Made by a program: the position numbers and the translations under genes. A DNA stretch of 64,000 nucleotides from the NCBI GenBank assembly GCA_049322915.1, contig JBMOPW010000004.1, positions 1-64,000 on the forward strand, read 5' to 3'. This DNA is from Candidatus Zhuqueibacterota bacterium (GTDB lineage Bacteria > Zhuqueibacterota > Zhuqueibacteria > Thermofontimicrobiales > Thermofontimicrobiaceae). Shown here piece by piece: positions 48,290 to 58,620 of the stretch. Below the pieces are notes generated by a model, which was not told the origin of the DNA, did no database searches, and worked only from the letters and a program-made list of their open reading frames with translations. Every line of letters begins with the position of its first letter. The first letter of the stretch is position 1.

Positions 48290-49642
48290 ATGAATGTCCC
48301 ATCGATCCGCATTTTTCATAATTCAGCAGAATTAAAAACGTTTATTGCCCGCAGTTGGTCCGTAAGCTGGCCCATAACGCTCATCATGTTTTTCGAGTTT
48401 TTGATCAACCTGACAGATGTTTTCATCGCCGGGAAAATCGGGAAAGAGGTTCAGGCCGCGTACGGCTTTGTCACGCAGATCTATTTCATCTTCACTGTGA
48501 TTGGCAATGCGCTGACTGTGGGAACCGTGTCGGTGATCTCCCGGCTTTGTACAACAACGGAAGAGAAGCTATTCGCCGACTCCATTGTGTCTTCAGTGGC
48601 GGCTTCCCTGTTTGCCGGGATATTATTGGGCGCGACCGGGATTGTATTCACGCCCGTGCTGTTTCAAATGCTCAATGTGCCGAATGCGATAAAAGAATAC
48701 GGACAGCCATTGGCGGTTATCTACGCCAGCGCGTTGATTTTTCATTATCTGCTCATCAGCACGAATGGAATTTTACGATCGTGCAAAGGGATAAAAAAAT
48801 CGCTGCGCACCATGGCGATTGTCTGTCTGCTGAATGTGGGGCTCAATTTTCTGCTGGTGTTTCACACGTCCCTCGGGTACAAAGGAATCGCTCTGTCAAC
48901 GGCTATCAGCGTTCTCATTGGAAGTCTGTTGAATTTATGGATTGTCCGATCGTTTTTCAACTCGCTCAGGCAAGTCACCTGGTCCATTGTAAAAAAAATC
49001 ACTTCAATTGGCTGGCCATCCGGTTTGCTTCAGATAATCTGGCAGCTTGCCTCGATGGTGCTGTTCATTATTCTGAGCGCCCTGCCGGAAAATAATATTG
49101 AAATCATCGCCGCGTTCACCAATGGTTTGAGAATTGAGGCCGCGATCTTTTTGCCGGCGTTCGCGTTCAACATGGCCAATGCCGTCATTGTGGGAAATGT
49201 TCTGGGGGAACGAAGGAAGGAAGATGCATTTCGGGCTGGCCTGACGACCGCTTCCCTGGGAGTGCTGCTGATCATTTTTCTCTCGGTCGTGGTGCTTTTC
49301 AACGCAAAAGGCATCGTGACACTCTTGTCGAACAACGAAATTGTCGTTCGGGAAAGCGTCCGTTATTTATATATCTGCTTGATTTGCGAACCCATCATGG
49401 CCTGGGGAGTGATTCTTGGGGGCGCGTTGAACGGAGCGGGTGATACGCGGAGCATGATGAAAATAGTCGCTCTCAGTGTCTGGCTCGTTCGGATCCCATT
49501 CGCCTATGTGCTGGGCGTTGTGGCGGATTGGGGCGTCACCGCGATCTGGTGGTCGATGAATGCGTCTCTCATTGCGCAGGCGTTTTTCATCACCCGAAGA
49601 TTTTATCTGCGAAAATGGCTTCCCGGCGATAGCGAAAATTAA
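48290..49642 (+). CDS. MATE family efflux transporter
   Basis: About 12 TM helices; TDVFIAG, GIALST, GALNGAGDT. Confidence 0.9.
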   Translation: MNVPSIRIFHNSAELKTFIARSWSVSWPITLIMFFEFLINLTDVFIAGKIGKEVQAAYGFVTQIYFIFTVIGNALTVGTVSVISRLCTTTEEKLFADSIVSSVAASLFAGILLGATGIVFTPVLFQMLNVPNAIKEYGQPLAVIYASALIFHYLLISTNGILRSCKGIKKSLRTMAIVCLLNVGLNFLLVFHTSLGYKGIALSTAISVLIGSLLNLWIVRSFFNSLRQVTWSIVKKITSIGWPSGLLQIIWQLASMVLFIILSALPENNIEIIAAFTNGLRIEAAIFLPAFAFNMANAVIVGNVLGERRKEDAFRAGLTTASLGVLLIIFLSVVVLFNAKGIVTLLSNNEIVVRESVRYLYICLICEPIMAWGVILGGALNGAGDTRSMMKIVALSVWLVRIPFAYVLGVVADWGVTAIWWSMNASLIAQAFFITRRFYLRKWLPGDSEN

Positions 49643-49717
49643 ATTTGATTCCTCAATGAACTACCGATAGCTTTGCCACGCTCTTTCTACCTGACACTTT
49701 TTTAATAGTTGGGCCTG

Positions 49718-49883
49718 ATATGTCATCCCTATGGAATTTTAATTTATTTTGCTGTATTTCTATAAACATTTCATCCCTAACGGGATTATTCAACTGGATG
49801 TTATATTGAAATAACCGCGTAGCGGTGAGATGTTTGTAGAAAAGGATCGATCTATTCCCTTTTAATCCCGCAGGGATGATATA
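49718..49883. repeat. REP/REPIN-like nested inverted repeat
   Basis: TATGTCATCCCTATGGAATT pairs with AATCCCGCAGGGATGATATA; TTCTATAAACATTTCATCCCTAACGGGATT pairs with AACCGCGTAGCGGTGAGATGTTTGTAGAA. Confidence 0.7.
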
Positions 49884-49933
49884 AAAATGATAAATGAAAA
49901 AGAGTCCGGTAGCAAAGCCACGCTAATCAAATT

Positions 49934-51427
49934 TTATTTCATAAAAAATTTGATTGAGAAAATGACTCCCATCATATCCCGAATTGCATTGCCGGGAGTG
50001 TCCGTTGGCCTTTGTCGACCGATGTAAGCGTATAGATCGGACTCCATGCCTTCCCGCGACAGACCCAATCCCCAGGTGAAAATGTGCGCGCTGTGTGCCG
50101 GGAGAAATTCACTGAAGTCAAGTAACGCCGCCTCTGTTTCATTCTCGCGATACAAATACCCGGCCCTAATCGCCCAACCCTGTAACAGGCGAACTTCGGC
50201 GCCACATTTCAATTCCCGGCCGGTGACATCGCCATTGGCAAACAGGTGGCTGACATAATCCTTCTTGTCGACTGAGGCAGCGCTCCACGATGCTTCGATG
50301 CCGGCAGAGAGAGGCATCGTTTCCGGCTCAAAGGCAAGGCCACAGCCAACCACGTTCTGAGCAAAATGGTCATCGCCCAGCAGCAGGTCGAACCGCGGAT
50401 GTTTCGCCCAGTCGTTGTAATAAATTCGATCTATTGAAAATCCCAGGAGGAACGGTACATTCGGCGCATGCAACCGGTTCGCCCAGTGAATTTCATAGCC
50501 GCCCAATTCCCATGTCCCATCTTTCACCGGTTTCGAACGGCTCTCGGTGGCGTCCAACGTCGCCAGCGTGGAGCGGACGTTGACAGCGGATTCCACAAAT
50601 TCCACCGGCCGGTAATTGGATTGAAAACCGATCTGGTAATGGGCGGTTTTTGTGAATCGTTCCATTTCGCCAATTCGCTCTGAACCCATGGTCTCGCCGC
50701 GGAATTTCATGACGATGATGGACCTCGGATCGTTGGAACTGGGCGGAATACATTCCGTGAATTCCTGAGTGTGCGAATACGTGAAGGTAGCGCCCAGGGA
50801 TAACTGATCATTCACGATGTAGGCCAGTCCTGTACCGAGGCTGGCGTAGCGGTAAAGCGTTCGGGATTGAGGAAAATAGTCCTTCAGCCCTGTTTCAATC
50901 TGATATTCGAGTGAAGCGCCAAAAAACAATTTATCCTGAAAAATATTTCTGCTGTATTCGGCTGAGATAGTGGGCCCCCAGTAGTTAATCGAGCCAGTGG
51001 TATTATCGGCCAATCGGAACGGATGCGCTTCGTAGGGATTACGGTTGATCGCCTGATAGACGTTGTTGATGCTCAAATTGTGATAGTCGACCACGCCATG
51101 GAATACCTGATTTTTACCCATCACTTTGACGCCCTCAACAAATGCGTTCAGGTCAACAGTCGATTCAGGGTCATAGATTCGCCTGAAATCGCCGGTGAAC
51201 ATATCGGTGGTGAAATACGACCGCAGCCAGGAACGCGTCTGGTCTTTGATGAGCCAGGCGGGATTGGCGCCAAAATCATAAAGGTTGAGCTGATTGTCTT
51301 TATCTTCGAGGATGAGCTTCAACTGCCCCATGGATTGTACCCGCAGATCCGATGCAGCAAGCGTCGCTGATAGAGTGAGAATGACAATAATAATTAAGGC
51401 TTTGTGCGCATATCTGTTGATGACCAT
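49934..51427 (-). CDS. Outer-membrane beta-barrel, DUF6850-like
   Basis: Signal peptide, FGANPAWL, amphipathic strands; context downstream of DUF4876-like genes. Confidence 0.6.
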   Translation of the reverse strand: MVINRYAHKALIIIVILTLSATLAASDLRVQSMGQLKLILEDKDNQLNLYDFGANPAWLIKDQTRSWLRSYFTTDMFTGDFRRIYDPESTVDLNAFVEGVKVMGKNQVFHGVVDYHNLSINNVYQAINRNPYEAHPFRLADNTTGSINYWGPTISAEYSRNIFQDKLFFGASLEYQIETGLKDYFPQSRTLYRYASLGTGLAYIVNDQLSLGATFTYSHTQEFTECIPPSSNDPRSIIVMKFRGETMGSERIGEMERFTKTAHYQIGFQSNYRPVEFVESAVNVRSTLATLDATESRSKPVKDGTWELGGYEIHWANRLHAPNVPFLLGFSIDRIYYNDWAKHPRFDLLLGDDHFAQNVVGCGLAFEPETMPLSAGIEASWSAASVDKKDYVSHLFANGDVTGRELKCGAEVRLLQGWAIRAGYLYRENETEAALLDFSEFLPAHSAHIFTWGLGLSREGMESDLYAYIGRQRPTDTPGNAIRDMMGVIFSIKFFMK

Positions 51428-51578
51428 TCTGGTTTCCTGCTACGTTAGGTGTCAATTGAATTGTTATTACACAGCGTAATGTTACATAAAACAGCTCTTA
51501 CATTTTCGCATTTGTCTGATCTGCATCACCTGAAGCATTGCCGCCTTGATTCAATGTCATGACGGACGTAAAGTGGTT

Positions 51579-52772
51579 TCATCGTTGCTTTTTCAAAGGC
51601 GCCAGCAGATCGGACTGACTGTGCTGGTATCCCGGCGTTGGGCTGAGGAGGCTGACGAAATCGAACGTGCTGTTATTGGTGTCGTAGCCCGGCCCACCCG
51701 TCTCCGGATTTTCCCGCTCGGTGGAGTGACCGCTATATTTTTGAATGCCATTTCCTGCCAATCCGGTATCGAGACGCGAGTCCATCTCTTTATTTGCATC
51801 CGGCGACGTCGCATATTCGACGCCATCCAGTACCTCGGCAAAGTTGAGCAAAATATAACCCTCGTCGGTGTAAACAAACTGGGCCACATCAGCGACTCTG
51901 GCCAGGATAACGCCATTGTGGGTGAGCGATGTCATGAAATCCACCGGGCGGTTGGGATTGACGTTGATTAAATTCGGCACATTGGGATTGTCCAGGTCGT
52001 TTCCCAATTGATTATAACATTCCCAGTCAGCGTGGGACAGGTCGATGCTGCCGGGCGCTCCGCCAACGGCCACATGATCCAGGGCATCCTGGGCGACGAC
52101 GATAAATTGTCCCGGTTGAATAGGATTGTCCGTGCCATTGCCGGGGAATTGATAGACGTAAAAAACTTCAGCAAATAGCCCCAGATAATCCAATCGCGTG
52201 GAAGCGCGGCACAGGAGCAATCCATCCAGATATTGTACTGACTCCGAAGCATTGTACAGCTCGACGAATTGATCCGAGTAATATATGCCGCTGGATGCCG
52301 GGCCACTGTAGTAAATTTCGTTCATTACGATGGATGATAAGGTATTTGCTCCCATGTAGATGACATACCGGCTACTGGGATCAGGCGTCCTGCTCAGGTC
52401 CAATTCAATGGAGCCTGTTAATTGTACGGCAATGGCGCGCTGATTCAATTCCAGGTTTGTTTCTAAGGAAATGAATTTATCAGCGGAAATGCGGTAGCGC
52501 GCGGCGCGAACATTGTCAAGTTCGAAAAAACCATTTTCATCGGTTTCCAAATCCAAGGGAGCCTGATATTCCACGCAGGTAGCGCGGACGCGCGCGCCGG
52601 GCACACCGGTCAAATCCGAAAGCGATTTGCCAGCTAATGTGCCGGAGGTGTCAATGACGATGAAGCCAGCGCTGACTGTCCCGTCGATGGCGGTTGGTTT
52701 CTCTGCAGAGCAGTATAAAAAAAGAAGATAGGCTGAAGTGATTGTCCAGATTTTCAATGCGTGAAATTTCAT
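51579..52772 (-). CDS. DUF4876-like lipoprotein (copy B)
   Basis: Lipobox-like FLYC; NEIYYSG, DQFVELYN, DLSHADWE, DTNNSTFDF..PTPG. Confidence 0.75.
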   Translation of the reverse strand: MKFHALKIWTITSAYLLFLYCSAEKPTAIDGTVSAGFIVIDTSGTLAGKSLSDLTGVPGARVRATCVEYQAPLDLETDENGFFELDNVRAARYRISADKFISLETNLELNQRAIAVQLTGSIELDLSRTPDPSSRYVIYMGANTLSSIVMNEIYYSGPASSGIYYSDQFVELYNASESVQYLDGLLLCRASTRLDYLGLFAEVFYVYQFPGNGTDNPIQPGQFIVVAQDALDHVAVGGAPGSIDLSHADWECYNQLGNDLDNPNVPNLINVNPNRPVDFMTSLTHNGVILARVADVAQFVYTDEGYILLNFAEVLDGVEYATSPDANKEMDSRLDTGLAGNGIQKYSGHSTERENPETGGPGYDTNNSTFDFVSLLSPTPGYQHSQSDLLAPLKKQR

Positions 52773-54640
52773 TCAATGTCTCTGTTATTTTCGGGGAATG
52801 ATATCCTGTTCAGAGTGCTGCCAGCCCGGCGTTGGATGATACAGACGGACAAAATCAAACGTGCTGTTGTTGCTATCGTAACCCGGACCGCCTGTTTCCG
52901 GATGATGGCGCTCAATGGATTTTCCTGAGTACGCTGAAATGGTATACCCGGCCAGTCCGGCGTCAATTCTGGAGTCGAGCACTTTCACATGGTCGGCTTC
53001 CGGTGCATATTCGACGCCGTCCACAATATCCTGAATGTTAAATAATTTATTCGACTCGTCGTAAAAAGGAACAGCATCCAGATCGTCCACCTGGATGAGA
53101 CATACTTTATCGTAAAATAAATTCATAAAGAAATCCAAATAGTCGGGTATCGGCTCGGCGTTGAGAACATTCGGCACATTGGGATTATCCAGATCGGAAG
53201 AGAGTTGATTATAGAATTCCCAATCGGCATGGGATAAATCGATGCTGCCGATCGCGCCGCCTGCATTCACATGATCGATGGCGTCCTGCGCCACAACGAC
53301 AAGTTGGCCCGGTTCGATGGGATAGTCCGTCCCTGAGCCGGGAAATTGGTAATAGCAATACGCGGCATGTTGGTTGGCGAACACCGCTTCGCTGTACATC
53401 CGGCAGATGAGCAACTGGTCCAGGTATTGGATGGAATCCGATGCATTGTACAACTCGATGAATTGATCCGAATAGTAGATGCCGGAGTTCGGTGGGCCGC
53501 TGTAATAAATTTCGTTCATTACAATCGATGATAAGTTGGTCGCTCCCATGTAGATGACATAGCGGCTGTCGGGATCTGGCGTCCTGCTCAGGTCCAATTC
53601 AATGGAGCCGGTTAATTGTACGGCAATGGCGCGCTGATTCAACTCCAGGTTTGTTGCCCGGGGAATGAACTTATCAGCGGAAATGCGGTAGCGCGCTGCG
53701 CGAACATTGTCAAGTTCGAAAAAGCCATTTTCATCGGTTTTCAAATCCATAGGGTCATAATATTCCACGCAGTTAACGCGGACGCGCGCGCCGGGAACGC
53801 CGGCCAAATCAGAAAGAGATCTATCAGTCACGGTGCCGGATGTATCGATGACGATGAATCTGGCAATGACAGTACCGTCGATTGCAGTGGGCTTATCAGC
53901 TGAACAGTATAAAAACAGCAGATATGCTGAAAAGAAAATGATGAATTTTGCTTCGCGGAATTTCATTCAATGTCTCTGCTATTTTCGCGGAATGATATCC
54001 TGTTCAGTGTGCTGCCAGCCCGGCGTTGGATGATACAGACTGACAAAATCAAACGTGCTGTTGTTGCTATCGTAGCCCGGACCGCCTGTTTCCGGATGAT
54101 GGCGCTCAATGGATTTTCCTGAGTAGGATGAAATGGTATACCCGGCCAGTCCGGCGTCAATTCTGGAGTCGAGCACTTTCACATGGTCGGCGTCCGGCGA
54201 ATATTCGACGCCGTCCACAATATCCTGAATGTTAAATAATTTATCTGACTCGTCGTAAAATGGAACAGCATCCAGATCGTCCACCTGGATGAGACATACT
54301 TTATCGCTATTCAAATTGATCATGAAATCCCAGCCTCCTGATATCGGCGAAGCATTGAGCACATTCGGCACATTGGGATTATCCAGATCAGAATAAAGTT
54401 GATTATAGAATTCCCAGTCAGCATGCGATAAGTCGATGCTGCCGACCGCGCCGCCAACGTTCACATGATCGATGGCGTCCTGCGCCACGACGACAAATTG
54501 ACCCGGTTCGATGGGATAGTCCGTCCCTGAGCCGGGAAACTGATAGTACCGAATTGCAGCATGCTGGTTGGTGAACTCGGCGTGGCTGGACATCCGGCAA
54601 ATGAGCAATTGGTCCAGGTATTGCGTCGTATCCGAGGCAT
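52250..54640. repeat. Tandem duplication, period 1194 bp (boundaries approximate)
   Basis: TTTCATTCAATGTCTCTG at 52767 and 53961; GCTCCCATGTAGATGACATA at 52348 and 53542. Confidence 0.85.
52785..53966 (-). CDS. DUF4876-like lipoprotein (chimeric middle copy)
   Basis: N-half nearly matches copy B, C-half nearly matches copy A. Confidence 0.75.
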   Translation of the reverse strand: MKFREAKFIIFFSAYLLFLYCSADKPTAIDGTVIARFIVIDTSGTVTDRSLSDLAGVPGARVRVNCVEYYDPMDLKTDENGFFELDNVRAARYRISADKFIPRATNLELNQRAIAVQLTGSIELDLSRTPDPDSRYVIYMGATNLSSIVMNEIYYSGPPNSGIYYSDQFIELYNASDSIQYLDQLLICRMYSEAVFANQHAAYCYYQFPGSGTDYPIEPGQLVVVAQDAIDHVNAGGAIGSIDLSHADWEFYNQLSSDLDNPNVPNVLNAEPIPDYLDFFMNLFYDKVCLIQVDDLDAVPFYDESNKLFNIQDIVDGVEYAPEADHVKVLDSRIDAGLAGYTISAYSGKSIERHHPETGGPGYDSNNSTFDFVRLYHPTPGWQHSEQDIIPRK

Positions 54641-55187
54641 TGTACAACTCGATGTATTGATCGGAAAAATAAAGCCCGCTATTAGCCGGGCAGGCATAGT
54701 AAATCTCATTAATCACAATGGATGAAAGGAAAGAAGCGCCGACCGGAATGAAATAATAATTGTTCTCTTCCTGATGTTCCGAAAGATCGATTTCTACGGA
54801 GCCGCTCAACATCACATCCTGCGCTTTTTGGCCGACGGCGACCATGGAATCGCTGGGGAAAAATTTATCCGCAGAAATGCGGTAGCGACCGGCGAGAATA
54901 TCTTTTACTTCCAAAAAGCCATTTTCGTCGGTTTCGTACATCAACGGCGAGGAATAATCGATGGCGCTCAGCCGAACACGCGCACAGGGGACGCCAATCA
55001 ATTTTGATAATGAAAAGTCGGCCAATGTGCCGGAGGTGTCCACAACCATAAATCGTACGCTGACCGTTCCATCGACTGCGGACGGCTTTTCAGTGGAGCA
55101 GTGGAAATGCATTGAAACAATGAGCAAAGATCCAAGGCCGAAGATTATTTTGTTGAAGAACGAACGAGTCATTGACATGAATCTCAT
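53979..55187 (-). CDS. DUF4876-like lipoprotein (copy A)
   Basis: Same NEIYY, DLSHADWE and DSNNSTFDF motifs. Confidence 0.75.
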   Translation of the reverse strand: MRFMSMTRSFFNKIIFGLGSLLIVSMHFHCSTEKPSAVDGTVSVRFMVVDTSGTLADFSLSKLIGVPCARVRLSAIDYSSPLMYETDENGFLEVKDILAGRYRISADKFFPSDSMVAVGQKAQDVMLSGSVEIDLSEHQEENNYYFIPVGASFLSSIVINEIYYACPANSGLYFSDQYIELYNASDTTQYLDQLLICRMSSHAEFTNQHAAIRYYQFPGSGTDYPIEPGQFVVVAQDAIDHVNVGGAVGSIDLSHADWEFYNQLYSDLDNPNVPNVLNASPISGGWDFMINLNSDKVCLIQVDDLDAVPFYDESDKLFNIQDIVDGVEYSPDADHVKVLDSRIDAGLAGYTISSYSGKSIERHHPETGGPGYDSNNSTFDFVSLYHPTPGWQHTEQDIIPRK

Positions 55188-55192
55188 TTAGG

Positions 55193-57919
55193 TTAAAACA
55201 GTTTATCGATGAGCATGCTGATTTCCATGCCGTAAAAAATTTCCGGATTGCCGGGCAGGTAATAGCCGGGATAACGCGGATCTTCATAAAAGGCGCGATC
55301 ATCTAAAAAATTGTTCACAAAAAGAGACACCTCCGCGCCGCGGAACAACGACTTGCTCACGCGGACATTGAACAGCCACTTGTTGGGATAGAAGAACGTC
55401 ATATAATCGATCGGGTTACGGGTGAGGCGATAGTTATCATACTCCGGATTCATGCGCTCGTGATTGGGAATTTGCACGATCTCGTTGGTCAGGCCATTGT
55501 AATAGGCTACTGCCAGAGAGTCGCTGTACCCGACTGTTTTGGTCTTGTAATGCGGCCGTTGCTGCGCTGTGAGAGAGACCCAGATGCCCAGGGGCTTTGA
55601 CACGTAATTCACCTGATAGGTCAGTAATAATTTTTGCGTCCAGCGTTTGGTGGGATTGTAGATGGGAATGGTGTAATCAGAACGCACCGAGCCCCAGCTC
55701 AATCCGTCCGATCCGCTCTCCACGTGATGGTAGGTCGCGTTGAAATTGAAATCCATATTGAGCTTTTTCAATCGGCGCGTTTTAAACGTGAATTCGAGTC
55801 CGTCAAAATTGGACCAGCCGCCATTGATCGTTGTTCGCGTGACATCCATCAGCGTATCAGCAATGGATTCGCCTTCTGTGCTCGGCCAGTTGGGTCGGTT
55901 ATATTTGAAATAGACGTAAGGCAATGTCTCGCTGATCGGCTCGTCCGCTCGCTTCGAATAAAATCCTGTGAGGGAAAGGCCGAAATCGCCAATCTGATGG
56001 TCGAGGCTCAGTTCCACTTTGTTCTCCTGGTAGCCCTTTAAATCCGGATTGGACAGGTCGAAAATGTAGGTCGTAACGAGGCTATCGCGCACAAACAGCG
56101 TATCGGTCTCACGAAAAACCGGCACAATATCCAGCACATCCAGATAATAGGGATCCGGGAAAATTTGCATCAGGGCCGGCGACTTGGAGGAGGCGCCATA
56201 ACCCAGACGCACTTGTGTATTCTCACTCAGATAATAGGCCAGATTGATCCGCGGATTGAAGAACGTACCATTTTTCGTTTTCAGCAGATTGAGCCTATCA
56301 AAACGTCCGGTTGAATACCGCTCCAGCCGAAATCCCAGATTGAGCGTAAAGGCTTTCCACAGCGTGCCGCTAATCTGGTCGTTGAAATAAACACTATGCT
56401 GGAACGTGCCGGGCACATCGTCGAATGAACGGGGCCGGTCGCTCGCGCTGCTGGGATACAATAAATCAAACTTTTTGCCTTCGCCAAAGTTATCATCGTA
56501 CTGAAAATTATTTCCAATGTCAAATTTATTCAAATAGCTGCCGGTATAAAACTGCCGCGACCATTCCAGCGTATGGCCAATGCTGACCTCGTCGCCAATG
56601 GTGGTGTAACGGTAAATGTACGGCCCGTATTGGCGAATTCCAATTTGGGTCCCTTCATTGAGCAGCGTCGAGGTGACCCGGTTATCGGCCATGCGGCGAT
56701 ATTGCTTGTATGAATTGACGCGCCGGTAATTCACAAAGAAATTGGAAAGGAGCTCGGTGATCGGATCCAGTTTGTAGGTCAGTTTGTTGCCATAAATGAA
56801 GCGATAGCCTTTATTGATGCTCTCCAGAGCGTCCGGGTCTTCCGGGTTCTGGTGTATCTCCTCGAACAGGGTCGAATATTTGAATTGATTCTTCATCGCC
56901 AAACGCTTGTCGAAAAGATCGTTGTCCAGTATGAGTTGAGCCGCTAAACGCTGGGTGTTATCATAATCTTTCCGAATGTCCTGTTCGCTGTATCCCCAAT
57001 TGACATTGTAATTCACTCCGGTCGCGCCCAAAGGTAAACTGCCGCCCCAGTTGAGTTCTTTCGTGTCCGGATTATTCTTTCCTTTCAGTCGGCTGGTGGG
57101 CTTCATGCTCGTCTTTGTTTTGACATGGATGAGTCCGCCCACGTAATCGCCATGATTCGCCGGGGCGATACCCCGTACAATTTCCACGGATTCAATATTG
57201 TCCGCCGGAATTTCGCGCAAGTCGAGACCATTGGACGTGCCGGTGTAAACGCCGCTGAGCAGCCCACCCTGCATATTGGAATTATTGGAAATAGGAATAT
57301 CGTCGATGACCACTTTTGCGCCAAACGAAGTGACAGAGTTATCGCTTCGGGGATCGCGGATTTGTACCTTGACCGGTTCTTTCAGCGCTGGCTGGTTTTT
57401 CATTTCCACGCCGGGAACAAGGTCCAGGACGTCCCCCAGACTGGTTGCCTGAATATGTTCGATATCGCTGGATTTAATTTGAGTGACGGTTTCCACTTTT
57501 TCGGGCAGCAGCGCTTTTTCAGCGGTAATTTCGATGCCGCCGATGAAGAAGAGGACTTCCTCGGCGTTGGCGCCGGCGACCAGTTCAACGCGGATATTTG
57601 TTGTTAAGCCTGCGGAAATTTTCTGGCGCGGGATGATGGACTTTTGATAGCCGTCTTTGATGAATTCGAGATTATAGGTGCCGGCGGGAATATTCAGAAA
57701 TTCGAATTCCCCTTTTGCATTGGACACGGCCTCAGCGGAAAGATTCTGAATTTTGACGAGAACATCGTTGATAGGTCGAAGGGTGGTCAGATCAACGACT
57801 TTGCCCGTGAGATTGCCAGTTGTTTGCTGTGCAAAACTCCGATTGGAAACAAGTGTGAGAGAAATGAATATCCAGAAAATGCAACGATAGGGTAACCTGA
57901 GATTTTTGAGCACATGCAT
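55193..57919 (-). CDS. TonB-dependent receptor with N-terminal carboxypeptidase-regulatory-like domain
   Basis: SLGDVLDLVPG, GLDLREIPADNIESVEIVRG plug motifs, NPRINL, NPDLK, C-terminal FYGMEI. Confidence 0.92.
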   Translation of the reverse strand: MHVLKNLRLPYRCIFWIFISLTLVSNRSFAQQTTGNLTGKVVDLTTLRPINDVLVKIQNLSAEAVSNAKGEFEFLNIPAGTYNLEFIKDGYQKSIIPRQKISAGLTTNIRVELVAGANAEEVLFFIGGIEITAEKALLPEKVETVTQIKSSDIEHIQATSLGDVLDLVPGVEMKNQPALKEPVKVQIRDPRSDNSVTSFGAKVVIDDIPISNNSNMQGGLLSGVYTGTSNGLDLREIPADNIESVEIVRGIAPANHGDYVGGLIHVKTKTSMKPTSRLKGKNNPDTKELNWGGSLPLGATGVNYNVNWGYSEQDIRKDYDNTQRLAAQLILDNDLFDKRLAMKNQFKYSTLFEEIHQNPEDPDALESINKGYRFIYGNKLTYKLDPITELLSNFFVNYRRVNSYKQYRRMADNRVTSTLLNEGTQIGIRQYGPYIYRYTTIGDEVSIGHTLEWSRQFYTGSYLNKFDIGNNFQYDDNFGEGKKFDLLYPSSASDRPRSFDDVPGTFQHSVYFNDQISGTLWKAFTLNLGFRLERYSTGRFDRLNLLKTKNGTFFNPRINLAYYLSENTQVRLGYGASSKSPALMQIFPDPYYLDVLDIVPVFRETDTLFVRDSLVTTYIFDLSNPDLKGYQENKVELSLDHQIGDFGLSLTGFYSKRADEPISETLPYVYFKYNRPNWPSTEGESIADTLMDVTRTTINGGWSNFDGLEFTFKTRRLKKLNMDFNFNATYHHVESGSDGLSWGSVRSDYTIPIYNPTKRWTQKLLLTYQVNYVSKPLGIWVSLTAQQRPHYKTKTVGYSDSLAVAYYNGLTNEIVQIPNHERMNPEYDNYRLTRNPIDYMTFFYPNKWLFNVRVSKSLFRGAEVSLFVNNFLDDRAFYEDPRYPGYYLPGNPEIFYGMEISMLIDKLF

Positions 57920-58214
57920 GTTCTTACTCGCTTCGTAAAGAATAGCCCGATTTATAGGATTATATAAAACCTGGGTGGGATGGACAGTTGCCTTCAACCG
58001 ACCTGATCGGAATTTTAGACAGGGTAAGTTGAACCACGGTCTGAAAATGTTAAAAAAATATAATCAGAAAAATCAGGAAAGTCAACAAAAATTTCCGGCG
58101 GTACTTTTAGCCCATCGTGTGTTGGAAAGGAATTGTGAAGAGATTAAATTGAAATGGGAAAGTCGTGGAATTCATTCTGCCAGGAGTGATTTCAGAAGAG
58201 AACCAGCCACAGCA

Positions 58215-58571
58215 TCATTTCAGTGTAGCCGAATAGTCTCTGAATTCCTGTAATTCAGCTTTGAGTTCACGAAATAAATCGAATAACGTCCCGGAGCTAG
58301 ACAGGTCAGTGGCCCTGTGCTCAAGTCGTTCCGATATCGCCTGCAACGAGGAAACGCCCAGATTGGCCGCGCTACCTTTGATGGAGTGTGCGGCAAATTT
58401 CACTTTTTCATGTTCATCAGAGGCAATTCCATCTTCGATGTTTTTGAGATACTCATGCAACGTGTCGAAAAACAATGTGATCATCTTGAGATAAAACTCA
58501 AAATTGCCGCGAAACCGATTGTGAATGACATCCTGAATGGATGCATGATTTTTATATTGATCTGGAAGCAT
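58215..58571 (-). CDS. Standalone Hpt domain protein
   Basis: AAHSIKGSAANLG. Confidence 0.9.
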   Translation of the reverse strand: MLPDQYKNHASIQDVIHNRFRGNFEFYLKMITLFFDTLHEYLKNIEDGIASDEHEKVKFAAHSIKGSAANLGVSSLQAISERLEHRATDLSSSGTLFDLFRELKAELQEFRDYSATLK

Positions 58572-58620
58572 GCTACTCTCGGTTTTTTAATGAGATCAAC
58601 TATTTCAGTCCATGCAAGAA

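Noticed and set aside
52250..54640. Diversity-generating retroelement TR/VR pair
   Set aside because: Differences are not adenine-specific, both copies are coding, and no reverse transcriptase is in the window.
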